DNA from: the human T2T-CHM13v2.0 reference genome, Homo sapiens
Direction: 5' to 3' (one strand)
NCBI RefSeq assembly: GCF_009914755.1
Contig: NC_060932.1
Length of the DNA: 64,000 nucleotides
In this document: one piece after another, positions 15,152 through 29,299 of the stretch
Layout of the letters: each line of letters begins with the position of its first letter
How positions within the stretch are numbered: the stretch's first letter is position 1
The notes under the pieces: model-generated
Database searches by the model: none
What the model was told of the DNA's origin: nothing
The model's input: the letters and a program-made list of their open reading frames with translations, nothing else
Program-made: the position numbers and the translations under genes

Positions 15152-15218
15152 AAACATTGCGCAGATTTTAAGGTGAAGTCAGTAGTTGTTCATTTCCTCC
15201 CTTTGAGAACCTCACTCA

Positions 15219-17260
15219 TTAGTGGGAGTTCTCACTTTCTTCTTCACTACCCATGTCTTCTTGCAAGACAGATCGATAGTGATTCATATAGTACACTTAT
15301 GCTGAAGCATTTTGGTGAACTAAGGTAATGATGAAGCTTTTTATCATTTAAAGAAGTACAGGTAGCAAACAAGGGAGTAGTAAGCAGGTTCCTATTACTA
15401 TTGTAACTCCTATTATAAGAGTTTTAAATCCTCCTAGCACTGGGAACCATTTTCCAAACATGGCCCCAGGATCAAATCCATGCCACACTTGCATTGGCAC
15501 ATGTGCCAGTTTTGTCATATCTCTGTGTCTTCAACTACTGGCCCTTGATCATCTATGTGTAGACAGCAATTACTAAGTTTAAATTCCAGACAGACCCTTC
15601 CTTCAGCTGCTAGCAAGTAGTCAAGAGCCAATCTATTTTGATAGATAGCATTTCTCATCTGAGTTTCTTGCCAGGCCAGAATAGTCAAGGCTCTGCCGGT
15701 TTTATTAGTGATTATTTCTAAGACAGCTTGTAACCGTTTGATTCGGTTGAGCATGTAAATGGCAGTCCAGTATCCCTACGAGCCATCTTGTGCCCAATTA
15801 GCAGGCCCATAATATGGTATGATTCTCTTAGGGGGCCATTTATCATCTTTCCAATTTCCTATAGCTATGCTTCTTTTTTTGCAGGAAGCATAGACAGGGA
15901 AGCCCAGGAGTTTACCTGTTTTTATGGGCAGTAGGAAGAAAGATGGTTTAATAGTGCCAATAACACAACTACCTGCCCACTGGTTGGGTAATTTGGCGTA
16001 AGCTCTATGCCCACATATCCAGTATAATCCAGTGGGGGCTGTCCAGTCCCGGTGGGACTCCAGGTGGGTCCATGTGGTTTGCAACTTTGGGAATTTACTA
16101 AATGGATTCCTTTCTGTGTGATTTGAACTCCACCAAGTGACTGTTTTTGTGGTACCATTATACAGTTTCTGTCCCAGACAACTAAGTTGTCCTACGGGGT
16201 GAGTGAATTCTTTGCCTTCTCTAGCTATGCAATATTGTCCAAAAATTGAGGCTTTTAGGACCCAGAAATTATCAGGGTGATTCTTTTGAGCCAGGAATTC
16301 ATCAGGAACTGGGTCTGTAGGTACTAATTCTCGGGCTTCTCATGGCCATTGATCTCCCATTACAGTTCCTCAACATACATAACATGAAGTGACATTGAGA
16401 GACTGGGCTAAATGCTCGGCTAATTGCAAAAACATTTCATGTTTTTCCTGGAATTTCTGGTACTAGCGCATTTAGTTCATCATAGAAAGTTTGAAACACT
16501 GGCTCAGGAGAGTGTTTGTAAACTTCTTCTCGAACTAAGATATTTACTTGAGGATCCAGTCCAGCCCCATCGATTCCTAAGGTCACACGCTCCCCTTTTT
16601 TCCTGTGAGGATCAAGGGGATTGGTTATTACTAGCTCTAAGGAGTTACATTGTCCCTTAGTACAGGAAGGGCCACTTTTTCCTTTCTGAAGGTGGACTGG
16701 ATCCTTTTCATTTTTTATCCACGTGGCCCAAATGACACAAGACTAGTATCCACATTCATTTCCACACAGTCCTAATTCATAACAAATATACTTACTTTTG
16801 GTCATATAGCCTTTTTCCCCATCAAAAGAGCCACATCCTCTTCCTAACTTATTGCTGTTAATGACAGCACAGACATCAAATTTCAAGATTATGCGTTTGG
16901 GCACCCCTTTTTCTTCTGTTCTGGCTAATACTTTACTTGTATCACTTACGAGTCCCCACCAGTCTTCAGTCCTTAATCTTATTTCAAAAACTGTGGACAT
17001 GGGAGGCTCAGAGGGGTTATAACACACATCAGGCTGGTCACTTCCTGGGCTACATACCTTGTACTGTGTGGCATTATACAAACAAGTCCTTTTTAGAGTT
17101 CCAGCACATTTATAATAACTATAGAACAAAAAGACAGTTTTAACTTTTTGACTGGATGTATACCCTGGGAATAGTCCTTAGTTTGAGGAAGTTCAGTTGA
17201 AGTCCCTACTGTACAAGTCCAAAATTTAAGGAAAATAAGTCCCACGGTGAGTTTCCTCAT
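15219..17260 (-). pseudogene. env pseudogene (gamma-type, ERV3/HERV-I-like)
   Basis: Signal-like MRKLTVGLIFLKFWTC, SU fragments, KKRSIAIG at the furin position, immunosuppressive domain [15 protein letters not shown] and CX6CC ([10 protein letters not shown]). Several stops and frameshifts. Confidence 0.88.
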
Positions 17261-17319
17261 GCTTCGGCCGTGTGTGGACCACTCAGCCTCAGGTGTGACT
17301 GGGACTATGGCCCACGACT

Positions 17320-17500
17320 CTGGAGGAGGTGCTGCTTTCTTGACTCGGGTGTGATGAGTCCATCCCTTTTTTGCTGTACGAACAGCAGTCTCTGTGGTTA
17401 ACAGCACAAGGTAGGGTCCTTCCCAGGCTGGCTCTAGTTTCCCTTCTTTTCACCCTTTGATGAGAACGTGATCCTCAGGCTGGTGCTGGTTTACCGGAAA
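17320..17500 (-). pseudogene. pol integrase C-terminal remnant
   Basis: WEGPYLVLLTTETAVRTAKKGWTHHTRVKKA (GPY/F module). Confidence 0.8.
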
Positions 17501-18172
17501 TTCTGGGGGTGGTACATGTGCTAAAAGACTTTTAGTTTAGTGGAAGATAAACCAAGTATATGATTTTTGAGAAATTCACCTTTTGTTTTAAATGTGGGGA
17601 CATCAGCAGTGGACTTTATAGTCCTTGGTGCCTTTCTACTGAGAAATTTCCTTTAGCACCTATTTTTATTAGTTTTTAGAACAAAGAAAGCCAAACACCA
17701 TTTTATATTTGACAATGCTTCCTGGATGATTTTTATACCAGATAAGCTATATTTCATTTTTATATTAGTGTGTTATTAATGTTAAACTTGGTTTTAATAA
17801 AACTTTGTAGACATATTTATTCAATTTTTAATGTCTGACCATAAGGTAAGATATTTATAGGCTCTTTTTAACCTTTTATAATTTTTTGTTAAAGAGCAGG
17901 TTAGTGCTTTAAGAAAAACCCATTGTGTTTTTATTTTAATGTTCAGTTTACAGAAAAACTGGATGATACCTCTTTAACTTTAGCCAATATGTTTACACAC
18001 AGAATTTTCTTTACAATTAACGTTTTAAAACTTGCGTAAACCTTTAAAACAATTTTTTTAACCTTTTAATGTAGGTAAAAATTTACATTCCTATGCCTGC
18101 TTATAATCCATTTACCAAAGGTATATTTTACTTTCCTAATATACCTTGCACATAAACTGTTTTTTTAAATAG

Positions 18173-18600
<428 letters not shown>

Positions 18601-18951
18601 CAAACTTTTTTTTTAAACGACCAGTTATTTTATTTCAGGGCAAGAATTTACCATATAGCTTTTTTTTTACATAAATTCTGTCCCCCCTTTTTTTCTGAAG
18701 ATGATAACCATTCTTTTCCAAAGTGAACTTCCTTTATGTCTGTGGACTAGACTGTCTAAGGCGACAAGATTAGAAGTTACTATAATATATGTTACACTTT
18801 TAACTTTTAGCAGACTTCAGTTTTGTTGAAAATCTTGTAAGTTTGGGATTTTAATTATCCTTTGCTATTAATAAGACCTTGTTTAGTCCAAATTAACTTA
18901 GAATTGGTATAGTTTTTTTTTTTTTTTTTTTAATTACCTGGGAGGAACCAT

Positions 18952-19370
18952 CTATTGTCCTGTCCTGAAGGGAGTTCCTCCTAGGTCTGGTTGGACCTTT
19001 GTATGGTAATTAAGATTTAGATCTCCTGTTAGGAAACCTGCTGGGTTAAGGGAATTTTCAGTGGTTAATGTTAAATCTTCCTTTTTTTTTTTTTTTTTTT
19101 TTTTACTTAGGATATTTCTGAACTGGTGAGGTATGCTCACAATGAGGTTTCCTCTAAAAGTTATTTTTCTACTTTCTTCTGTTAGCAAAGCAGTTGCCAC
19201 TACAGATTGAATGCTTTTGGGCCATCTGCAGATTACTAGGTTAAGGATGGTTGATAGGAAGGCTACAGGTTGTTAGTGGCCTCAGTGCTTTCGGGCTAAG
19301 CCCTTGTTTACACTTACAACAAGATGGTATTGGAGTGTTGTAGGGTCACGGAGAAGACCTTCAATTATCA
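18952..19370 (-). pseudogene. pol fragment (RT connection/RNase H-like region)
   Basis: ATALLTEESRKITFRGNLIVSIPHQ...LNPAGFL resembles class I ERV pol; interrupted by an A-run. Confidence 0.65.
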
Positions 19371-19429
19371 ATTATAGGTTTTAAATTTACCCTGGCTTTT
19401 AAAGGAATAGGGTACACTTTTTTTCTTAA

Positions 19430-19640
19430 CTACTTGTATATCTCTTTCTTTCTCTCTTTAACTTTCTCTCTCTTTGACTTTTCCTTTTGCCTCTGCCTCT
19501 TCCTCTCTCTCTGCCTCTCTCCCTCCTTGACTCCGTCTTTGTCTCTCCCCCTCTTCCTGTCTCTCTTTTCCTCTTTTCCTCTCTGTCTCTTTTCTCTGTC
19601 TCTCTCTGCTGGTCTTTCCTTGCCTCTGCCAGCCACTTAT
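19430..19640. repeat. CT-rich low-complexity tract within the provirus
   Basis: Direct reading. Confidence 0.85.
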
Positions 19641-19699
19641 GCTGCTGTTCTCTCAACCACTGTGGCGGGGCAGGGGTGGGGGGGTGTGATCTAAAACCA

Positions 19700-19975
19700 G
19701 CTGTAACCAAGTGTCTATGAACAGGAACTGGTCTAGGCGCCCTGGCTTTCAGGTTACCTTGTGCCGTACCTTTGAAACAAGGGACCTGTCCAGGCTTCTT
19801 TTCTGATGGCCAACGGCCACCTCTAATGTTGGCCAGTCTATTTCTGGCCAAACTTAGAACACAAAGTTCTAAGTTTTCCTGGTATCATAGTAATGCCGTA
19901 ATCTCCCTTCAGTCCTTTCTTGAAAATTTTCAACGTAGTTCCTAGTGGGGTGGGCTTATTTTGTGCCTGACCCAT
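19700..19975 (-). pseudogene. gag matrix-region remnant
   Basis: MGQAQNKPTPLGTTLKIFKKGLKGDYGITMIPGKLRTLC (myristoylation-type MG start), frameshifted before EIDWPTLEV. Confidence 0.8.
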
Positions 19976-20491
19976 GCTTCCTTGAGACAAAACACCACGC
20001 TCACCCCACACACACACCACAAAACAAAGAACGGGTAAAAAGGGCACACACACACTTTTACAGTTTACACCAAACCAGAATCAAAACCAAAATCAGAGTA
20101 TCAAGAGATCCAAGCCAGGTCAAAACCAAAGTATCAAGCAATCCAAGTTAAGTCAAAAACAAAAGCCAAAGTACCGGTACAGCCATGCTGTGGGTGATCA
20201 GGCCACGCTTCCACTCAAATGGAGTGGGCAAGTTCCAAAGACCAGTCTTACCAAGTTTCAGATGTCTGGACTCCCAAGTGCCAGTTCCTTCCCGGTGTTC
20301 AGCCACTGCGTTGATCCTCTGGGAGCCTGCCACATGCTGCTCTGGCGACATGTCCCATGGGGCAATTGCCTACCCAGGAGCGCTCTTTGGATCCACATTG
20401 CTCAGGCTGGTCTGAGTCCCCCGCAGGGATGCTCCACAGGGCAGGCCTAAGTCACCTAAGGGGCTGCCTTGGCCTTCCTCTAATCACCTTG

Positions 20492-20509
20492 TTTCCAGTC
20501 AGGGAACCA
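20492..20509 (-). promoter_or_regulatory. Primer binding site for tRNA-Glu
   Basis: TGGTTCCCTGACTGGAAA on the - strand, 16/18 match to TGGTTCCCTGACCGGGAA, the complement of the tRNA-Glu 3' end. Confidence 0.88.
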
Positions 20510-20514
20510 AGAAA

Positions 20515-20978
20515 TGCAACAGGACTAGCCGCGGACAAGAACACCTCAGACACCAAGTTGTAGAAGGAAAGGGCTTTATTCAGCTGGGAGCATCAGTGGA
20601 CTCACGTCTTCAAAAACCGAGCTCCCCGAGTAAGCAATTCCTGTCCCTTTTAAGGGCTTACAACTCCAAGGGGGTCCGCATGAGAGGGTCATGATCGATT
20701 GAGCAAGCAGGGAGTACGTGACTGGGAGCTGCATGCACCGGTAATCAGAATGGAACAGAACAGGACAGGGGTTTTCACGATGCTTTTCCATACAGTGTCT
20801 GAAATCTATAGATAACACAAAAAGTTAGGTCAGGGGTTGATTTTTAACTACTAGGCCCATGGCACGATGCTGGGCTATCTGCCTGTGGATTCCATTTCTG
20901 CCTTTTAGATTTTATTTCTTCTTTCTTTGGAGGCAGAAATTGGGCATAAGACAATATGAAGGGTGGTCTCCTCCCTTA
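20515..20978 (-). repeat. 5' LTR (LTR2 family)
   Basis: Direct repeat of 14693-15151; followed on the - strand by the primer binding site. Confidence 0.92.
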
Positions 20979-22042
20979 AAACATTGCGCAGATTTTAAGG
21001 CGAAGTCAGTACTTGTTCATTTGTTCAATTTCTTGTACTTCTAAGTGTTTGGAATAGCCTGAAGGTGATTAGTGTGAAGCCAAAATATTTGCCAGAGAGA
21101 CTTGATAGGATACTCCCAAGTTCAGGGATTTGGAATGTGCGATGTAAAATTGGAATACTTTTGTGAGATATTTGAAATAGTGGAATTTCACAATGAGTGG
21201 CCAGTGTGGGGAGAGGCTGGAGGAGTTTAATCTCTATGTGGAAAATATGGCAAGGTCTTGCAAATTTAAAAATGTGTATTTTCTTTTCCTCTGCAATTCC
21301 ATTTCTAGGAATTTACCCCGAAAATATATTTGCTAAGCACATTTTGTGTACTAAGTCATGCATGTACCTGGTTATTCGTTACAACATTATACAAAAAAAA
21401 AAGTAAAAATATCAGTGTTTAGCCTTAGGAGACTGGTGAACTAAGTTGTGGCACATTCTTAAGTTGAAAACTTTGCACCTGCAGAGTGAAGGAGCTCTAT
21501 GTGTATTGATGGGACATTCTTCTAAGATGTGTTAAACTAAAAACAAAAACAAAAAGCAAGGTGAAGAATAATACGTCCTTGTTGCCTGGCCTGGGGGCCA
21601 TTGGTGACGGAGAACCATTGTGATTTCCTTGTTTAAGCATAGAATGTCTTGGGAAGAATACAAAGGTGGTTACAACCTTTGGCTGCATCTGTGCGGAACC
21701 ACTCTGAGTATCTGGGGGACAGGAAGGAGATGTACTTTCCATAGCACACGCTTTTTATCTTTTAAATGTGTCTTATATACATGTATTTTATATTCAGAAA
21801 GTTTGACCACTGATCATATCATTTGGGTTGAAAACTGTGAAACCTCTATGTTTCCCTCCCACATTCATGTCTGCCACCTGTTGGGTCTGCCTGGTCTCTT
21901 TGACCTTGATGACTTGAGAAGCAGTCATTGACCACACTGACAGTTTTAGGCTTACCCTAAAACAGTCCGCCTGGCCCCCAGCATATTGACATTTTTCCTC
22001 TTGATTTGTGTGACTGACAATGTTTCTGTTTCCCTCCCCCAG

Positions 22043-22890
22043 CTTTGGCAGCATGTAAGCAGCTGTTTGCCAAGAACCCAGGTCACTGCTAAGAAAGGGT
22101 GCCTTCGGGAGAAGAGTGTCCAGAGGATACCAATGCCAGATGCATCTGGAGTTACACTCAGCACTCGCAGTATGAGACATTGTGTGCCAGCATCTCTTTC
22201 CTTCTGGCAAAGACTGTAGCTCTCCAGGTAGGAGGATCCTGGAAGCTGTGAGCACCAGGAGCCTTGCCAGAGGAGGATGGGGCCAGATATGAACTCTCTA
22301 CCATGAACATGGTTCTCGGCTTATGAAGGAATTTTAAGTAAAACAGTTATTTAATTTCCACATATTCAAGTCAAAAGCCTTCTGTGTGAAGTGCCAGTGA
22401 TTACCCCTCCACAGGAGTTATCAGGATTTTTCTGGCACCAAGTTTAATTCTTCTTCGTACTTCTGGTAGTGACAGATCTGCAGGACAGATTTATCTGTTG
22501 AATGCTCTTGGGCAGGAAAACCATGTAAAACCTCTGGAAGCAGCATCAGGACAGCAGAGCAGAGCCCCCGTCCTCACTGCTCACTTGCACAGAAACTCCA
22601 TCTGGACTCGGATGCTTTTACTGAAGACCCATCTAGCTTCAATCATCTTTAGAGTCCATCCATTCTGGAGAGACCTGGCGTTTGCAGTTGCCTCCTGTGG
22701 CCGTGTTTTTCTGTCATTCTGTTCCCAGGCCTTCTATTCAGGCGGTTGAAGGGTGTGGACTTTGGAATGGGGTTTGCTGTTCTTCGGGAACTTGCTTCCT
22801 TTCCCTGGCTGGTGCTGTCAGGAAGGACCATCTGAAGGCTGCAATTTGTTCTTAGGGAGGCAGGTGCTGGCCTGGCCTGGATCTTCCACC
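22043..22890 (+). other. GPAT4: 5'UTR part of GPAT4 exon 2 (848 nt)
   Basis: Strong acceptor tttctgtttccctcccccAG at 22041-22042, then non-repetitive sequence up to the ccaccATG start at 22891. Confidence 0.7.
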
Positions 22891-23055
22891 ATGTTCCTGT
22901 TGCTGCCTTTTGATAGCCTGATTGTCAACCTTCTGGGCATCTCCCTGACTGTCCTCTTCACCCTCCTTCTCGTTTTCATCATAGTGCCAGCCATTTTTGG
23001 AGTCTCCTTTGGTATCCGCAAACTCTACATGAAAAGTCTGTTAAAAATCTTTGCG
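22891..23055 (+). CDS. GPAT4: GPAT4 exon 2 coding part (aa 1-55, hydrophobic N-terminus)
   Basis: ccaccATG; MFLLLPFDSLIVNLLG...LLKIFA; donor GCG|gtaagt. Confidence 0.97.
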
Positions 23056-23753
23056 GTAAGTTATGCTGTTACAAAAGGTTGCTTCACAGAGGAGGGTAGA
23101 AGTGCATTTAGCAAAAAGTTATTCTTACAGGCCTATTATCTCTTTATTAGATAGGGAGAAAGTTGGGAGAATGGGAAGTGGCTTTTTGAGTAAGAAGAAT
23201 AACTAAACGTCTACTTTTGAAAGGTACTTGTGTGTTTGATTTATGCCGAGCCGAGGGACCTATACCATGACTCCACATGTTGCCTGTTTATTTCAAAGAG
23301 AATGGGGCTTAGAATTAAAGAAAAGCACTGCCAATCTCTGTCTCTTCTTGCATAACTGATGCCATAGCTCGAAGCTGCTGCAGGCATATTCCCTCACTGA
23401 GAAGCATGGGAGAGCCTCTTCTCTTCCAGGCATTTATTCTAAGTAGGTCCTTGCATTTCAGACTAAAAGAATGGACAGAAAAGGGCATTTGAATTGTTTT
23501 ATTAAAGGTAGAGGCAAAGGATACATTTCTGAACATATGTCAGAACTTACCTGACTGTTGAATTATACCAAACTGGTCACATTGTAAGGAAATAGGTGAG
23601 AAGTGATGTTTTTTGGAAGTTGATCTCTCCCACAAGACTTAAATACCTCTGCACAGATTTGGTGATTTCATTGTAATGTCTGTTTTTAGTAGTCACCAAA
23701 TCTTTAGGGATTCATGTATAATTTGAGAAGTGCACTTATAGTAGTAAAAATAA

Positions 23754-24098
<345 letters not shown>

Positions 24099-24339
24099 CA
24101 TATTGTATCTTCTGGTTTTGAGAGTAACTTTTATCGTTTTTCTTTGGTTCCTTATAATTCTGTGGTAGATGGGGCATTTTATCAACCTGCATTTTATTTA
24201 TCTGCATTTTATCAATGAAGAAAAAGACTCAGATTAAGTGAGCTATGTGAAATGTTACATTATAGTGTGAAATATTTTTTATGTTTGTCATTGAATCTTG
24301 GGTTTTTTCTTTTTTGGTACTTAGTATGTCTATAAGCAT

Positions 24340-24870
24340 ATGGTGTTTTTTTTTTTTACATTTAAGAAAACCAAGGGGAAATTGACAACATAAAGTTAAT
24401 AATTTTAGAGTGAACAGTTCAGTAGCGTTTACTATATTCACATTGTTTTCTGTCCAATTCACAACATTTTCATCAGTCCAAAGGAAACCCCACACTCATT
24501 AAGCATTCACTCCCCATTCCTCCCTCCGCCAGCCCTGGCAACCACAGTCTGCATTCTGCCTCTGAATTTACCTATTCTGCATATTTCATGTGAATGGAAT
24601 CATACCAAATATGCCCTTTTGTGTCTGGCTTCTTTCACTCAGCATAACATTTTCAAGGTTCATCAGCATCGTAGCACGTGTCACTACTTCTCTTCTGCTT
24701 GTTTGTGGGTGAGGGGCTGAATTATATTTTACTGTATGTCTCTACCATAATTTGGTCATCCTTTCATCCATTGATGGACAAGGATGGGCTGTTTCTACCT
24801 TCTCTGGCTATTTTGAATAGTGCTGCTGTGGACCTGCGTGTACATGCATTTGTTTGAGTACCTGTTTTTT
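24340..24870 (-). mobile_element. Old L1M 3' fragment
   Basis: gaatggaatcatac...gtctggcttctttcactcagcataa...gatggaca motifs. Confidence 0.75.
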
Positions 24871-25652
24871 TAAGAATATAATCTTAGAGCATTGCTTAGG
24901 ATGGACTTGGGGTTATCTGTATCTGGGTCCTTGCTACTCAGAGAGCGATCTGGAGAGCAGCTGCATGAGCATCGCCAAGCAGCTGGTTAGAAATGACCAT
25001 TGCAGACCCACCCCAGACCTATTGAGTTAGACTCTGCACAGGTGAATCAGATGCATATTAAAATTTGAGGAGTAGTGATCTAGTCAGTCTTTGGACTGGC
25101 TGTTTTTTAATGTATTTATTTTAATTAGGAAATGTAATTTTCATATATTTTAGTCCAAGAAAATCTCGAGCAGCACACAGGATCCCTGCGGATGGTATAA
25201 CTTACACCTGGGCCCTTTTACCACCATGAAAAACATCTATCAGGATAGAATTAGTAGAAAAGCTGATAAACTTAGGACACAGTGAGTGGTGTCTGGTGTC
25301 TAGTGTCTAGCTTTCATTTACATTTGTAAGCAAGTGGTTAATTCATGGACCTATGGAAGTTGTAATTATTAAAAGGTAGAAGTAAGAGTTATGAGCCTAG
25401 AGTTCTCTTGTAGTAGTTAAAATTTCACTTGGATGACTTTGGGTAGGGCAGAAGGCCTAGAATCCATGTATATTCCTTGCTCCATTTTGAAAATGTCCCC
25501 AAAATTAATACTTTAAAGTTTATAGCCAAATCCTTTGTATTGTGACTATTATTTAAAATGTACATCCCTATGACTTTTAATGTAGATTATGATACAATGG
25601 AAAATTCATCATATGTGTACTTTGGGCCAATTTATAGGACCTGCAGTCTTGA

Positions 25653-26025
<373 letters not shown>

Positions 26026-26472
26026 TGATTTAGAAGCGGTAATGGAAGTAGCATATGTATATTTGTGACCTCAACATTTAGAATATCAGAAACTAGATTT
26101 GCACTCCTTCCTTCCTTAGAGGTGTGTGCCAGCCACCGAAAGGGTTGTAGATGCCCTGTGGGGCCTGTCCTGTTTGTGGACCATTACAGCCTGGCTGTAA
26201 ACTGAGTCACGTGGGCCAGAAAGGACTGGCGTATTCCTGCAGGGGCCTGGGGTGCTCCGGACGAGTGCTGGTCTTTTTTCACCCTCTGTTACTGCTCTGA
26301 GTCGATCTGAATGGAAGGTAGGAACTGAATGCTGCCTTCTCAGTGGTCACATAGGTACAGCTGAACTTGGCCCAGTGGGCTTCAGGTCTTGGGAAGTCAG
26401 TATCTGTGTATCTGTCTAAAATACATCTAACACTTGTGGGTGTTTATGTGTACCTTTCTTAAAATTGAGGAG

Positions 26473-26831
26473 TGTCTTAGTCTATTTAGGCTGCTATAAC
26501 GAACTACCATGGGTTGGGTGGCTTAAAAAACACGTTTAGTTTTTACATTTCTGGAGGCTGGGAAAACCATGTCCAGGCACCAGCAGATTCAGTGTCTGGT
26601 GAGGCCGCTTCCTGGTTCATAGACATCTGTCTTCTCTCTGTGCCCTCCTGCGGCAGAGGGATGAGGGAGCCCTCTGAAGTCCCTTTTTTAGGGATATTAC
26701 TAGTGCTATTCATGACTGCTTCACCTTCATGACCTTATCACCTCCCAGAGGCTCCACCTCCAAATGCCATCACCTTGGGGCTTAGGTTTCAACATGAATT
26801 TTGAGGGGACATAAGCATTTATTCTCTAGCA
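26473..26831. mobile_element. MLT1A-type MaLR solo LTR
   Basis: tgtcttagtctatttaggctgctataac...ctagca with a perfect 5-bp TSD AGGAG (26468-26472 / 26832-26836). Confidence 0.82.
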
Positions 26832-26878
26832 AGGAGAGACCTTTATTTTACCTTTTTAAGCCTCTTCACCACTTCCTA

Positions 26879-27740
<862 letters not shown>

Positions 27741-29299
27741 ATTAGAAAATTTTAAACATTCATTCATGGCCCACAACTTGTAACACCTTTTAATTTTTTT
27801 TTTTTTTTGCCTTCTTCCTTTCAGTCTTTGGCAATAAACATTTATATTTTATGGCTGTATTAATAGTGTTTACTTGTTGTTGTGTGTCTACATTTTCTTT
27901 TGGCATTTTATCAGCCATTTTCACATTTTACTAAATAATCTTCATAAAGATCATTAAAACTGGATACCTAATAGTTCATGCAGTACATACACCTGTGCTT
28001 TTGGCAGACCTAAGCTAGCCCTGGCTTACAGCTCCTTTCCCATGACTAGTTCTCCCTATATAAAGGAACCAGGAGAAAGTATTTGTGTACCTGCCAAGGG
28101 AGGAGGAACATGGAGAGGATATGGGTGGATCAATATCTTTTCTGTTCCCTTTCCTGGAAGCCCTAACTCAGTGCAGGTCCTGTTCATGCTGAGTCACAGA
28201 AGATCTTTGTGTGCAGAGAGCAGCATGTGACTGGAAGGGTTTTAGTGTTTGCTTAATGTTTGTGCTTCACATGAACCCCCTCCACAGTGGTGATGGTATT
28301 ACTAGGAGTAGAATTCCCAGGAGTTGACCCTCAGCTGAGTTGAAAATGACCTGGAAGAGGGGAGAGAAGAAAGCCTGGATGTAAAGGAGAAAGATGAGAA
28401 CAAATGATGTGAAAGGAGTTGATCAGGTCACGTTAGAGAAGATGAGACAGCTATGATGTGATCTGTGTTAAACTCCAAGGTGGAACTTGTTGGTGGAGAG
28501 TCAGAAACCAGTGGCAGTTGTGGAGAAGCTGAAGAGACTAGTGGTGGTGGCATTGTGTGCGATGGGCATTTGTGTTGGGTCAGGCAGCTGTTACCTTGAA
28601 TCCCAGGGCTTTCATTACTGGCTCTGAAAAAGGCATTGAACTTTCCAGTGTTTCTTCATTTAGAGAGTGGGAGTATTAATACTCCTTTCACATGGTTGTA
28701 GTGAAAGAGGTCATCCTACCCCCGATGAGGAGTGTGATTTTAACATAGCCTTGAGTAGGTTAAAGGACAGACTGAAGCAGACAGGAATTAAGGGGGAAGA
28801 CGAAAGGAAATAGCTCCAGGTTTTGTCATTTTGGCTCTACTTTTCCATAAGGAGACCTTGATGGAGAAAAATACTGGGAGTTGATGAATTAAATTAGTGA
28901 CTGCCTACTAAGTAGAAGGCACTCTCTCAGACTGTGCTGAAATGCACATAGGGGTAAGTTCTGGCTGCCGCCTCTTGAGGTTTGTGTAGTCTAGTAGGAA
29001 AGACATATGCATCTATAACTAACTCAGAATGAATTAGTTGAAATACCAGTTGAAATACACAGGCAGAGGTGAATTCTGATTGCAGGAATTGAGTAGGTAA
29101 CATTTCTTAGATTTGACATTTGAACTGGATCCTAAAAGGGAGAAGGATAGAGCATTCTAGAAGCACAGTTGATAAAGGTGAAAAGGTAATCTTGTTTAGA
29201 GATGGCACATAGTTCAGTAGAGCAAAAACACGGCGCATGGAGGGAATGAGGTGGGTTACAATACTGAACTTCAGGCATTGAGAAATCATTGAAGGTTGT

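Noticed and set aside
15219-17260. env as a domesticated syncytin/suppressyn-like gene
   Set aside because: Broken into short frames by stops and frameshifts; the furin site lacks the P4 basic residue (CKKR).
19426-19851. 141-aa R/E/K-rich ORF
   Set aside because: Translation of the GA-rich low-complexity tract inside the provirus.
20492-20509. tRNA-Glu-like sequence ending in CCA
   Set aside because: Only 18 nt and adjacent to the LTR, so it is the retroviral primer binding site and not a tRNA gene.
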